NCBI GenBank assembly: GCA_035314985.1
Contig: DATFYP010000101.1
Location: 1-59,486, forward strand
Length of the DNA stretch: 59,486 nucleotides
DNA from: Nitrososphaerales archaeon
GTDB taxonomy: Archaea; Thermoproteota; Nitrososphaeria; Nitrososphaerales; Gagatemarchaeaceae
Direction of reading: 5' to 3'
This document shows, in pieces, positions 17,604-26,761 of this stretch. Both the position numbers and the translations under genes were made by a program. Positions within the stretch are counted from its first letter, which is position 1; every line of letters starts with the position of its first letter. The notes beneath the pieces are model-generated. The model searched no databases. It was not told the DNA's origin and saw only the letters and a list, made by a program, of their open reading frames with translations.

Positions 17604-17766
17604 CGCAGGGGGTGGGACTTTCGCCCGAGGGAACTCCCACTCAAGTGGAGCTTTCCCCTGGGATTCGAACCCACGAGTCCCGTGAGAGACACAGGCTTAG
17701 CAAGCACACGCCGGTTGACTGCGCCTTACCAGGCTCCCCGTCACGATGACTCTAGGCTACCCCTGC
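17604..17766 (-). tRNA. tRNA-Ser(GCU) with three introns
   Basis: Removing 17737-17754 (18 nt, D-arm), 17706-17718 (13 nt, position 29/30) and 17613-17658 (46 nt, T-arm) gives an 86-nt class II tRNA. Its parts are acceptor GCAGGGG/CCCCTGC, D-arm GCCGAGCCTGGTAAGGC, anticodon arm CAGGC-TTGCTAA-GCCTG, variable arm GTCTC-TCAC-GGGAC and T-arm GTGGG-TTCGAAT-CCCAC. Confidence 0.85.
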
Positions 17767-17791
17767 TCGATTCAGGAGCCGACTGCTGACA

Positions 17792-17800
17792 GTTAAAAAA
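17792..17800 (-). promoter_or_regulatory. T/A tract, likely an oligo-T terminator for the SRP RNA and an A/T box for tRNA-Ser
   Basis: The minus strand reads CTTTTTTAAC immediately 3' of the SRP RNA end and 26-34 nt upstream of the tRNA-Ser 5' end. Confidence 0.35.
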
Positions 17801-17805
17801 GTTGC

Positions 17806-18131
17806 AAGTGGCGGCGGCTCCCCCGGAGTTCACCATCGGTCTCCGCCCCCGTCTCGCCAGACGGAGAATCCCCCACGTAGACGAAGCAGCGTGGCCACGT
17901 CACCATAGGGCTGCTCCCTCCCGGACCTCGCCCGATTCGGCAATTAGTGGTCAGGACCTCTCCTTCGAGAGGACTGCCTCTCATGACCGCCCGCCACGGC
18001 GTGAGTTCGTCTCCTCCGCCCGACGCAGGTTGCGGGGATGGTGGCTTTACCCGAAGGTTGCTGGCCTCTGCATGTTGCCGGTTTCAGCCTATCGGGAGAC
18101 GGCAACCCTCCCTGCCCTACCCGCCGCCAGT
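17806..18131 (-). ncRNA. signal recognition particle RNA (7S RNA), ends +/-5 nt
   Basis: The termini pair (GGCGGCGG with CCGCCGCC). The helix-8 signature GGUCCGGGAGGGAGCAGCC is close to the universal GGUCCGGAAGGAAGCAGCC. A helix-6-like hairpin CUCUC-GAAG-GAGAG is present. The ~326-nt length fits archaeal SRP RNA. An A/T box TTAATTA lies about 25 nt upstream. Confidence 0.85.
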
Positions 18132-19076
18132 CTCGAGGAGGTCAGGCGGTGTAATTAACCTCTGCTGCCTGAGCACATCTTTCATCCTGCAGACGCTGCA
18201 GCGCCCGGCGGACGACGGCTTCCCGCAGCTCGTGCAGGGGACGGATCGTTTCTCCGACTTCCCGCCGTAGTGAGATATGACGTCGAGGGCCGAGTTGAAG
18301 AGGACGTTCTTCATCCCGGGATGGTTGGCCTCCATCTCGTTGAGGTAGTCCCTGACATCGCTCCTCAGGCCTTCATGCATGTACGGGCAGCTGACGCTCT
18401 GGAACGGGATCCCAGACCTGTAGGCGAAGAGGGCGATCTCCTCCTCGTAGATCTCCATGAAGGGCTTCACCCGTCTCATCGCGAAGTCGCTGCCTTCGTA
18501 GGAGGGGTCGAGCCAGCCCAAGCGGCCTACGTCGCCGTGGAGCAGGTTCATCAGGAATGTCTGTACGTAGTCGTCCAGGTTGTGCGCCGTGGCGACCACG
18601 GACGCCTTCGCCTCCGAGGCGGCTTCGTCGATGGCACGCCTTCGGAATACGCCGCAGAGGCTGCATGAAGACGTGTTTCTCTCCCCCTTCCAATCCAAGG
18701 CCTTGTCGAGGGTGAATCCGAAGAGCTCCTCGTAGGTGACGATGTGGTGTTCGACCCCCAGCTCTGAGGTGACGGAGCGGGCGTGGGCAAGGGCCTCGTC
18801 CCTGTATCCGGCGACGCCCTCGTCCACAGAGATAGCAACCAGTTCGGCGCCGTGCCACTCCTTGAGGTCGCTTAGAATCCTGAGAAGGGCGAGGCTGTCC
18901 TTGCCTCCAGAGACCGCGACCCCCACGCGGTCCCCCCGTTGGATCATGCGGTATCTGACAATCGTCCTCCTCGTCTTCTCCACTACGGAGCCTGCGAAGC
19001 ATCCCTCGCAGAGCACCTCCCCCGAGTATCGCCTGGTGAAGAATGGCCTCCCGCCGCACTTCGTGCAGAAGCTCAA
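18117..19076 (-). CDS. PP-loop tRNA 2-thiolation ATPase (Ncs6/Ctu1/TtuA family)
   Basis: N-terminal CTKCG...CEGC, PP-loop VAVSGGKDS, internal SCSLCG and C-terminal CTSCG...CSVC. The last ~14 nt overlap the SRP RNA 5' end. Confidence 0.8.
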   Translation of the reverse strand: MSFCTKCGGRPFFTRRYSGEVLCEGCFAGSVVEKTRRTIVRYRMIQRGDRVGVAVSGGKDSLALLRILSDLKEWHGAELVAISVDEGVAGYRDEALAHARSVTSELGVEHHIVTYEELFGFTLDKALDWKGERNTSSCSLCGVFRRRAIDEAASEAKASVVATAHNLDDYVQTFLMNLLHGDVGRLGWLDPSYEGSDFAMRRVKPFMEIYEEEIALFAYRSGIPFQSVSCPYMHEGLRSDVRDYLNEMEANHPGMKNVLFNSALDVISHYGGKSEKRSVPCTSCGKPSSAGRCSVCRMKDVLRQQRLITPPDLLETGGG

Positions 19077-19156
19077 GGTTCCGCCCGGAGGGGGCTCCCT
19101 CTGCTAATAAGATGAACGCTTAAAGCGGCAGCGACGGCCGCGGGGGAGCTAAGCTG

Positions 19157-20392
19157 TTGGAAGAAGAAGTCAAACGGGTGCAGTTTGCCTATGGGCTAGT
19201 GTTTCTCAGGACGAAGCGCTTCCAGTCGCTGATGGACAGGCTGGGGAAGCGGAGAGTCTCGAGGCCGATAAGTTGGGCGCTGCTCTACATCATGCCGGTG
19301 GCCGCCGCGATTGGTCTTTACATCTTCTTGTCGGAGGCTGCAATCCTCTTCTCGCCGTTGAGTTCCGAGGTCGGGACGGCGATAAGGGGAGTGAGCCCCC
19401 TCGCGTATCTCGGCCTGCCGGGCATCAACCCCTACATCCCCTGGGTTGACGGATGGATCGCGCTCATAGTCGCGATGATCGTACATGAAGGGGCCCACGG
19501 CGTCGTAGCGAGAAGCCTGGGCCTCCCTGTGAAGGCGTCGGGACTTCTTTTCTTCCTGATCGTGCCCATAGGAGCATTCGTGGAGGTCGACGAAGAGGCG
19601 GTGAAGGTGGCCAGGGCCAGGGACTCGGCCCGCGTCTGGGCAGCCGGGGCGGGGGTCAACTTCGTCATAGGGATCATCGCGCTGCTTCTGCTCTTTGCTG
19701 TCGTCTCTACGATGACCCCCCTGACGAGTGGCTTGGCCGTGAGTCAGGTCAACGTTCCGTCCCCCGCCGCCAAGGCAGGGATCATGCCCGGGGACTTCGT
19801 CAAGGCGATCAACGGCGTAAGTTACAACGATACCGGGCAGCTCAGCGCGGCGGAAGCGGCCGGGAAGCTCGTCCCGAATCAGACCGTCACGATCACCGTC
19901 TGGAGCGCGGGGGTGACCCGGGTGGCCAACAACGTCACTCTCGTCGGAAATCCCGGGAACAGCTCCAGGGCGTTCATCGGGATCACGTCCGCAGGGTCTG
20001 ACTACCTGCAGACGCTGGTGCAGTTCTACACGGGGTCGTTCTTCTCGAGGCCGGCTCTGTACCTGTGCATCCCGACCTTCCCCCAGTGCCAGGACGCGGT
20101 GCCGTTCTCAGGGAGCAACTCGGCGTTCTACACCTCCACCTACGGGGCGTCCCTTGTCCCGTTGGCGACGCTCCTCTACTGGCTCTTCTTCCTTAACTTC
20201 AACCTCGCCATCTTCAACTCTCTCCCGCTGGGTCCCCTCGACGGCGGGCAGGCGTTCAGGCTCGGCGTGAAGGCCCTGGGAAGGGGGAAGCTGAGCGAGG
20301 GGACGCTGACGAGAATCAGCGCACTGGTCGCCGTCGCCGTGGTGGTGGTGATTGCGGCCGTCCCGTTGGCCGCTTACCTGCACCTGATCTAG
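19157..20392 (+). CDS. M50 site-2 protease with a PDZ domain
   Basis: HEGAHGVVARS is the HExxH motif, PAAKAGIMPGDFVKAINGV marks the PDZ domain, and NLAIFNSLPLGPLDGG is also present. The protein is multi-TM. The TTG start is uncertain. Confidence 0.8.
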   Translation: MEEEVKRVQFAYGLVFLRTKRFQSLMDRLGKRRVSRPISWALLYIMPVAAAIGLYIFLSEAAILFSPLSSEVGTAIRGVSPLAYLGLPGINPYIPWVDGWIALIVAMIVHEGAHGVVARSLGLPVKASGLLFFLIVPIGAFVEVDEEAVKVARARDSARVWAAGAGVNFVIGIIALLLLFAVVSTMTPLTSGLAVSQVNVPSPAAKAGIMPGDFVKAINGVSYNDTGQLSAAEAAGKLVPNQTVTITVWSAGVTRVANNVTLVGNPGNSSRAFIGITSAGSDYLQTLVQFYTGSFFSRPALYLCIPTFPQCQDAVPFSGSNSAFYTSTYGASLVPLATLLYWLFFLNFNLAIFNSLPLGPLDGGQAFRLGVKALGRGKLSEGTLTRISALVAVAVVVVIAAVPLAAYLHLI

Positions 20393-20435
20393 GAATCGCG
20401 TTGTCCGTTAAATAACTCGCCTGAATCATTCTGCG

Positions 20436-20702
20436 ATGCTGGACGTCCAGGCGCCCCCCGACCTCGGTGTCGTGATTCAGCAGATGGCCAAGCAGTTCGT
20501 CACGGTCATGACCACCCTCCTCACGACCATCAACACTACCGTCATCGACGTCTCGAGGCTCGCCTACATATCCGTCCTGCTGGTCGGACTGCTGCTCTAC
20601 TCTACCCATCTTGACAAGAGGCTCGGCAAGGACCTGATCAAGGGCGGCGTCATTCTCGCGGTCCTATCCGAGTTCGTGTTCCCTCAGCTCAATAGGGTCT
20701 GA
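20436..20702 (+). CDS. hypothetical small membrane protein
   Basis: 88-aa ORF with hydrophobic helices (ISVLLVGLLLY; GGVILAVLSEFVF). No family recognised. Confidence 0.4.
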   Translation: MLDVQAPPDLGVVIQQMAKQFVTVMTTLLTTINTTVIDVSRLAYISVLLVGLLLYSTHLDKRLGKDLIKGGVILAVLSEFVFPQLNRV

Positions 20703-21747
20703 GGGGATATCTGAGGAGGGCCACTATCCCCCCGAATGCCGAGATCTGCTTCCCGAACTCCAGGGACGAGTCGGCCAGGTGGACCGAGCCCCCCCTTGCC
20801 TCGACCGTGTTGAGCGTCTCGACGAGTGTGTCCTCGTCGACCCCCGACGAGAAGACGTTGTCGGAGACGGCGCAGGCCTCCACCGCCCCCGCGTCCGCAG
20901 CTTCCTTCACCCTCGGGAGCGAATATGCGACCTTCCGGTCGCCGGAGGAGACCCGCTTCACGACTTCGTCGACCAGCCGCTGCATCTCGACCAGCACCGA
21001 GCCCCTTGCCAGCTCCTGGAATGAGGGAGCCTTCACGAGTGACCTGACCCCATCCGACCCGGTCAGGTCGAATCCCTCGAGGACCCTGATGGATTGGGAC
21101 TTGAGCTCCTGCGCCAGGATGTTGGCAAAGGCGTTCTTGGTGTTCCCGGGGCCGGCGACCGCAACCTCGTCCCCTTTCCTGAAGTCCTGAGCAATGATTT
21201 CGGCGACCTTACCGAAGTAGGGCTTGATGCTCTGCTCCTCCGACATCTTCCCGCCCAGCCCCGACTCCACGGTAGCGAGGACGGCCAAGTGCGACCCGGT
21301 GAGTGTGCCCACTCCTGCGTCGCGCCGGTCGATGGCCACGAGGATGTATCTCTTCGAGGAGGCGCCGGTGGAGTGAACTAGCTTCACATCGAGTTGGCCC
21401 CACCTGTCCTTCTTGAGGGTGAGGGAGTGCCCGGGCGACAGGGTGACTGAGTGGGAGCCGGACTTCCTAACGCTCTCGTCGCTCGTCTCGGCAATGGTCC
21501 CGCTGACTCGAAGGCGCTCTATGCTGCTGTCCAGGTGGACCTCCTCGACAGAAAGGGCGATGGTGACCTTGACCCGCTCCCCCTTGTCCGGGCGCGAGTA
21601 CTCCTCTTCGCGCTTCAGCACGCGCGAGCTCCTGGTGACTACTACGTCCCCACGGGAGATCAGCCTCCGCAGGGTCCAGAGGTCCTCGGCGGACTCTATT
21701 GTAAATGAACAGTGGCCGTGCTTCGGATTGAACTGGGTGACTATCAA
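20689..21747 (-). CDS. pelA: mRNA surveillance protein Pelota (Dom34 homologue)
   Basis: The N-terminus reads SAEDLWTLRRLISRGDVV...RVKVTIALSVEEV. It has the three-domain length of 352 aa and an eRF1-like C-terminus. Confidence 0.9.
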   Translation of the reverse strand: MIVTQFNPKHGHCSFTIESAEDLWTLRRLISRGDVVVTRSSRVLKREEEYSRPDKGERVKVTIALSVEEVHLDSSIERLRVSGTIAETSDESVRKSGSHSVTLSPGHSLTLKKDRWGQLDVKLVHSTGASSKRYILVAIDRRDAGVGTLTGSHLAVLATVESGLGGKMSEEQSIKPYFGKVAEIIAQDFRKGDEVAVAGPGNTKNAFANILAQELKSQSIRVLEGFDLTGSDGVRSLVKAPSFQELARGSVLVEMQRLVDEVVKRVSSGDRKVAYSLPRVKEAADAGAVEACAVSDNVFSSGVDEDTLVETLNTVEARGGSVHLADSSLEFGKQISAFGGIVALLRYPLRPY

Positions 21748-21756
21748 CGGGCGGAG

Positions 21757-22929
21757 CTACTCGAGCCCGATATCCCTGAAGGTCCCTATCCGAACGTCCT
21801 CTGGGATGTCGCTGAGCTCTCCTGTCCTGTGGCCGATGATTCCCTTTATCCCGACCTTCGTCGCCGATTCGACCAGCCTCTGGGTGACTATTCCGTCGAA
21901 GATCAGGTAGTAGGCCCCGGTCGCGCCCTGCATCTTCTGCACGAGTTCGCTTATGGGGTACCTGCCGACCTCTTGCAGCCCCTGGTCCAGGAGTATCGCC
22001 TCGAGCGTGCCGTTCAGGTCGGAGAAGATCTCCCGCGTCTTGATGACCACTGGCTCCTCGGGCTCCTCTGGGGCCTTCTCTTCCGGCTTCTCGACCGCCC
22101 TTTCCCGCCTTGACGGCCGGGCAGGGGCTTCGAGTTTTTCAGAGCGAAGCATGTTCAGCACGTCTATGGGCGTCAGGTCCTCCACCTCCTTTCCCGGAGG
22201 CGCCCTGATTACCTTCTCTACTCTCACGACCTGGGCCAGCTCCTTCTCTATGAGGTCTCCGCCTCTGTCCCCGTCGAGGACCGCGATCAGCCGCTTCTTC
22301 TTGCCCAATTCGATTATCGAGTCTGGAATGCTGGTTCCTTCCAAGGCGACGACATTCTCAATCCCTGTCCTGAGGAAAAGGACCACGTCGGCTCTACCCT
22401 CGACGAGATAGACCAATTCCGAGGAGAAGACGCCCGGCCCTGCCGGAAGGTTCTCCATGCCGTAGTTGACGACCTTCGCCCGCTTGGTCGATTCGGTCAC
22501 GTCCTTCAGGACGTTCTCGCCCTCGCTGGTCGTCTTGGAACTCCATTCGCGGACGATAGCCTTTGCCCTGTCGACTATCTGCTTCCGCTTGGTCGCCCTC
22601 ACGTCCTCGATCGCCCCCAGGGTGACTCGGGCGCTGCAGGGGCCCACCTTGTCGACGCTCTCGACTGCAGCCGCGATCAGCGCTGCGGTACCGATGTCGG
22701 TGGACATCGGAACGATCACCTCGCCCCGGGTCTTGTCGTTCTTCGACTCGAGGTTGATCTCTATCCTGCCGACCTTCCAGCTCTTCTGAAGCTCGTTGAG
22801 GTTCATCTCGGGGCCGAAGAGCCCTTCGGTCTGCCCGAAGATGGCTCCGATTACGTCGGCCCTTTCGACTACCCCGTCTACCTCAAACCTTAGCCTTACG
22901 AGGTACTTTACTATACCCGAATCTGGCAA
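21757..22929 (-). CDS. dnaG: archaeal DnaG (Toprim primase-like, exosome-associated)
   Basis: KYLVRLRFEVDGVVERADVIGAIFGQTEGL and the Toprim segment LVEGRADVV...AVLDGDRGGDLI. Confidence 0.9.
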   Translation of the reverse strand: MPDSGIVKYLVRLRFEVDGVVERADVIGAIFGQTEGLFGPEMNLNELQKSWKVGRIEINLESKNDKTRGEVIVPMSTDIGTAALIAAAVESVDKVGPCSARVTLGAIEDVRATKRKQIVDRAKAIVREWSSKTTSEGENVLKDVTESTKRAKVVNYGMENLPAGPGVFSSELVYLVEGRADVVLFLRTGIENVVALEGTSIPDSIIELGKKKRLIAVLDGDRGGDLIEKELAQVVRVEKVIRAPPGKEVEDLTPIDVLNMLRSEKLEAPARPSRRERAVEKPEEKAPEEPEEPVVIKTREIFSDLNGTLEAILLDQGLQEVGRYPISELVQKMQGATGAYYLIFDGIVTQRLVESATKVGIKGIIGHRTGELSDIPEDVRIGTFRDIGLE

Positions 22930-23040
22930 TTTCGTTCAACTCCTGTTCAGCTCGTTTTTTTATCGGATTAAGCGTATTCAGCTTAACTTAGATTCAGGCG
23001 AAATCTCCGTGGTTATAAACTCTCGGTTTTCGCGGTTCTT

Positions 23041-23436
23041 CTAGACCGCAGGTTCTGCGAACCTGGAGAGATTCTCGATGTGAAGGAAGACGCCCCTCGA
23101 CGCAGCCTGCAGCCTTCTCCTCTCGGCCAGCGAGGGCGCGAGCCCTTCGTGGGCCAGCTTCTTCACGAAGCGGGCGGCGAGCTTCCCCCCCTCGCGGTCG
23201 AGGTCAGTAAGAGTGATCACGGACCTGGAACCGCCGAATGCTCTGCCGCCCGCCCGTGAGAAAGACGAGGCCGTGGCGATTGCGCCCGTGCAGCCCAGCT
23301 CTCTGAGGGCTCTTTCGTCCCTCTTGCCCTCGACAAGGAGCGCCCAACCGTCTTCTGAGCGATGGTTCAGGTCCCTGACGAAAACAGTCAGGAATCCGCC
23401 GAATGCCTGGAGTGTCTTCTCTCTCTTGTTTATCAT
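23041..23436 (-). CDS. small Toprim-domain protein (RNase M5/primase-like)
   Basis: LLVEGKRDERALRELG...ITLTDLDREGGKLA contains the Toprim E...DxD signature. 131 aa. Confidence 0.65.
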   Translation of the reverse strand: MINKREKTLQAFGGFLTVFVRDLNHRSEDGWALLVEGKRDERALRELGCTGAIATASSFSRAGGRAFGGSRSVITLTDLDREGGKLAARFVKKLAHEGLAPSLAERRRLQAASRGVFLHIENLSRFAEPAV

Positions 23437-23653
23437 GGCTTTTCGCGCTTGTGATTGTTGCCCGTCTCTGACGAGCCCGGATCATGCCCCCGCGTCTCGC
23501 GGGGTCGGTCACCAAGCTTCTTCAACGGGCAAACGGCCTTCGTCTGTCGCGCGTCTGGGTAAACCATCTGCTCATCAAAGCGTTTCCGCCTTCGCAGGTG
23601 GCCGTTAAACGCGCTTTAGAACGAAAGCCGTCTGGCAGATTTGGCAGAGGGAG

Positions 23654-25288
23654 CTATTTTAGCAGTTTGAACAGGACCGAGAGGTCCGACTCGAACCCCG
23701 CGGCGGGGACGTTGAGCCCGAACGCAGCGAGCGCCTCCGGCTTCAACTCTCCCACAGAACCCAATCTGGTTCCCCGTCCCGACACCGATGCGGACCTCCC
23801 TTCCGCGAATGCCCAATGCTCCTGGGGCGCGGTGAGAGGGTCTATTCCAGTTAGGGTCCTGAGTGCCGCCGCGAGGTACATCTTGGCCTCGGTAAAGGAT
23901 GTCTGAGAATGGGCAATGAGACAGCCGAGACTCCAGGACTCCCTCACCTCCCCCTTGGTTCTGGCGTAGACCCTCCCGATCTCAAACACCCGCTGGGGAT
24001 AGTCTTCCTTCACGTTGCCGGAGAGGGCGGCCATCATTGGAGGGAGCAGCGAGTCGCGCAGGATGGAGTGGTCTTGGCTCCGAGGGTCGTGCACCGCGAT
24101 CTTGGAGTCTGAGGGTCTCCCGAACCTGTCGTAAAGCGAGCTCTTGTCCATGAGCTCGAAGGTCATCAGCTCGGTCATGCCTGCCCCGGCCATGATGGTC
24201 GAGGTCCTGTCGAGGAACTCCTCCAGGGCGTTGAACGATCCGGGCTGCTTGCTGGCCGGGTAGAGGGGTCCTATCCTGTCGAAACCGTACCCCAGGGCGA
24301 CCTCCTCGGCCAAGTCCACGGGGTGCAGCAGGTCGATTCTGAAGCGGGGGGCGAGGACCTGGGAGCCGATAACCGCAAGCCTGCTCCTGCCCAGGCAGTC
24401 GGCGACCTGGTTCTTCGTCAGCCCGAGGCCGAGCGACCGCTCGATGAGTTCAAAGTCAAGGCGGAGCTTTCGTTCGGCAAGGTCAGGGGTGGTTCTCGCC
24501 CCGTCAGGGTATTGGATCACCACGGAGTCGATCCGTCCGCCGGCTTCCCCGAGGGTGGTTGCCAGAATCGCGAGCACGTCATCACCAGCACGTCGGTCGG
24601 TGCTGGTGACGTCGATGAAGAGGTTCCTCGTCTTGCTCGAGACCTTGGTGGCGTTCCCATTGATTATCGGTGGGAACGAGAGGACTGTGTCCCTTGAATC
24701 AAGGATGATGGGGAGGAGCTCTCCGCCTTCGAGAGCGCGGCCGTAAAGCCTCCCCTGTTCCGTCTTCTTCAGTATCTCCGCGAGTGTAGCCTTTCTCTCC
24801 CCGTCTAGGGGGACAAAGCCGAACGAAGGCGGCTGCGCAGAGTAGCGGAGGGGTCCCTTCACGGCGTCGAGGTCATGGAGTCCTATCGCCACGACCCTCC
24901 TCTTCCTGCCGAGGCCGTTGTGCAGGTCCTCCTGAAGGGAGATGATCTGCCTCACGTCCTCGTCGCCCAGCGCGAGTCCTGTAACAGTCGCGCATGCAAT
25001 GAACGGCCTCACCTGGGACAGCCTGCCGTCGACCGTGACGGTCAGCCCCGAAGGCGCCGTCCGGTAGGTCGGGAGCCCGACCTCCTTGCCGAAGAGGCCG
25101 CGCAGGGCGCGGGCGATGCCGAAGTCGGTGCCGAAGTCAGGTCTGTTCGGGCTGTACTCGACCCGAACGACGTCGCCGTCGACGCTCTCTATGTCGAGGC
25201 CTATGTACGGGAGCCTGTCCAGCACCCTCTTGCGGTCGGCGCCGACCATGCGCGAGAGGCGGGTCAGCTCAGCTCTTACGACTGGCAT
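23654..25288 (-). CDS. pheT: phenylalanine--tRNA ligase beta subunit (archaeal type)
   Basis: 544 aa, N-terminus LPYIGLDIESVDGDVVRVEYSPNRPD. It lies downstream of pheS and overlaps it by 20 nt. Confidence 0.9.
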   Translation of the reverse strand: MPVVRAELTRLSRMVGADRKRVLDRLPYIGLDIESVDGDVVRVEYSPNRPDFGTDFGIARALRGLFGKEVGLPTYRTAPSGLTVTVDGRLSQVRPFIACATVTGLALGDEDVRQIISLQEDLHNGLGRKRRVVAIGLHDLDAVKGPLRYSAQPPSFGFVPLDGERKATLAEILKKTEQGRLYGRALEGGELLPIILDSRDTVLSFPPIINGNATKVSSKTRNLFIDVTSTDRRAGDDVLAILATTLGEAGGRIDSVVIQYPDGARTTPDLAERKLRLDFELIERSLGLGLTKNQVADCLGRSRLAVIGSQVLAPRFRIDLLHPVDLAEEVALGYGFDRIGPLYPASKQPGSFNALEEFLDRTSTIMAGAGMTELMTFELMDKSSLYDRFGRPSDSKIAVHDPRSQDHSILRDSLLPPMMAALSGNVKEDYPQRVFEIGRVYARTKGEVRESWSLGCLIAHSQTSFTEAKMYLAAALRTLTGIDPLTAPQEHWAFAEGRSASVSGRGTRLGSVGELKPEALAAFGLNVPAAGFESDLSVLFKLLK

Positions 25289-26759
25289 ACTCCACCCTGT
25301 TCCTTAGCCAAGAGAGGTCCACCCCGTACAGGTCCCTCATGTCGTCGAGGCCGAACCTCATCAGCATGAGGCGCTCGATTCCTGGTCCCCAGGCGAGGAC
25401 AGGCACACGGACCCCGAGGGGCTCGGTGACCTCGGGCCTGAAGACTCCCGACCCGCTGAGCTCGATCCACGCCTTGGCCACCTGCGAGTAGCCGACCACC
25501 TCCAACGACGGTTCGGTGTACGGGAAGTAAGTCGGCCAGAGCTTGACTTCCTTCATCCCCAGCTTCTTGTAGAACTCCGTCAGGAACCCCATCAGGTGCC
25601 TGACGTTCAGGCCCTCGCCCACGATGATCCCGTCCATCTGGTAGAACTCGGCGAGGTGTTTGTAATCCAGGTTTTCATTCCTGTAAACCTTGCTCACCGC
25701 GAAGACTCGGGTCTCCTTCTCGCGCGACTCAGAGAGGGCCCTCACCGTCAGGACCGTGTTGTGGGTCCTCAGCACCAGGCGACGAGCCTCCTCTATTCTC
25801 CATGTGTACCCCCAGCCGCTGCTGCCCGTCTTCCAGCCGTTCTCGTGCGTCGACGCCACCCTCGCCACAACGCCTTTTCTCTGGAGGCCGGCATCGGAGA
25901 GACCCTCGAGGTAGAAGGTGTCCTGCATCTCTCGGCCTGGATGATCCTGGGGGATGAAGAGGGCGTCGAAGTTCCAGAAGGCGGGATGGACGCTCCCCCC
26001 TTCGAGCTCGGTGAAGCCCATGGAGATGTAGACTTCGCGCACCTCCCGGATGAAGTCCCGGACTGGGTGCCTCCGGCCCGGATAGAAGACCGGAGCCTTT
26101 GCCTCGACGTCGATCGGCCTCAGCGTCTTCCCACGCCAGCTGCCAGTGGAGAGGACGTCCGGGGAAAGCCTGTCGAGTTGGTCAGCTTCGATGGGGGCTC
26201 CCAAGGACTTGCGCCCCGCCGCCGTAGCTGAAACCGAAACGGAGCGTTGCTCGACCCTCGTCAGGATCCCTCTCTTGAGCAGGTCCGTGACCATCCTGCG
26301 CTGTTCGCCATCGAGGGCTGCCTCGTCCGCTCCCGAGGCTATCGAACCTAGCATGGACCTGAGCCGGGAGGGGGCCTCGGAGTCGGCGACCTTGACGACG
26401 GCCGGGGACACCGAACCGTCGATGGTTATCCACCGTGATGAACGCGCCCTTCCAAGCGCAGCAGAGAACTCCTCGCCAGATGAGAAGGCCTCCCTCGCGG
26501 CCTGCAGAGTCGGGGGTTTGCGCGATTTGGAAACCAAGTCAAAGAGGACGAGCTCCGGCGGGGTTCTCACCTCAACAGCGAGCCTACCGTGGACCGACTC
26601 GCTGACCTTGACGAGGCCCTTCGAGGACAGCCACTCGATTGACCGCCTGACCTGATCTGGGTGAAGGCCGGAGCCCTTGACCAAAGACTCGAAACCGAGG
26701 GTCCCAGTTCCGAGCGCAGAAAGGACCTTCCTCTCGATTGGGTGAAGCGACGACGACAA
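25269..26759 (-). CDS. pheS: phenylalanine--tRNA ligase alpha subunit
   Basis: Class II motifs are present: HPVRDF...EMQDTFY, RTHNT, FRNE and PTYFPYTEPS...GPGIERL. Confidence 0.9.
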   Translation of the reverse strand: MSSSLHPIERKVLSALGTGTLGFESLVKGSGLHPDQVRRSIEWLSSKGLVKVSESVHGRLAVEVRTPPELVLFDLVSKSRKPPTLQAAREAFSSGEEFSAALGRARSSRWITIDGSVSPAVVKVADSEAPSRLRSMLGSIASGADEAALDGEQRRMVTDLLKRGILTRVEQRSVSVSATAAGRKSLGAPIEADQLDRLSPDVLSTGSWRGKTLRPIDVEAKAPVFYPGRRHPVRDFIREVREVYISMGFTELEGGSVHPAFWNFDALFIPQDHPGREMQDTFYLEGLSDAGLQRKGVVARVASTHENGWKTGSSGWGYTWRIEEARRLVLRTHNTVLTVRALSESREKETRVFAVSKVYRNENLDYKHLAEFYQMDGIIVGEGLNVRHLMGFLTEFYKKLGMKEVKLWPTYFPYTEPSLEVVGYSQVAKAWIELSGSGVFRPEVTEPLGVRVPVLAWGPGIERLMLMRFGLDDMRDLYGVDLSWLRNRVEYASRKS

Positions 26760-26761
26760 AT

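Noticed and set aside
17802-18270. ORFs of 107-118 aa over the SRP RNA, and equivalent ORFs over RNase P RNA (54423..55329) and over the tRNA genes (33019..33360, 51073..51507)
   Set aside because: These regions are better explained by structured RNA genes that have conserved motifs and upstream A/T boxes. The ORF products are low-complexity.
22982-23011. A third IS6-like fragment between the Toprim gene and the dnaG promoter
   Set aside because: Only about 30 nt of partial identity to the other remnants (a 10-nt exact core), with no reading frame. It could be chance. It is mentioned under the IS finding only.
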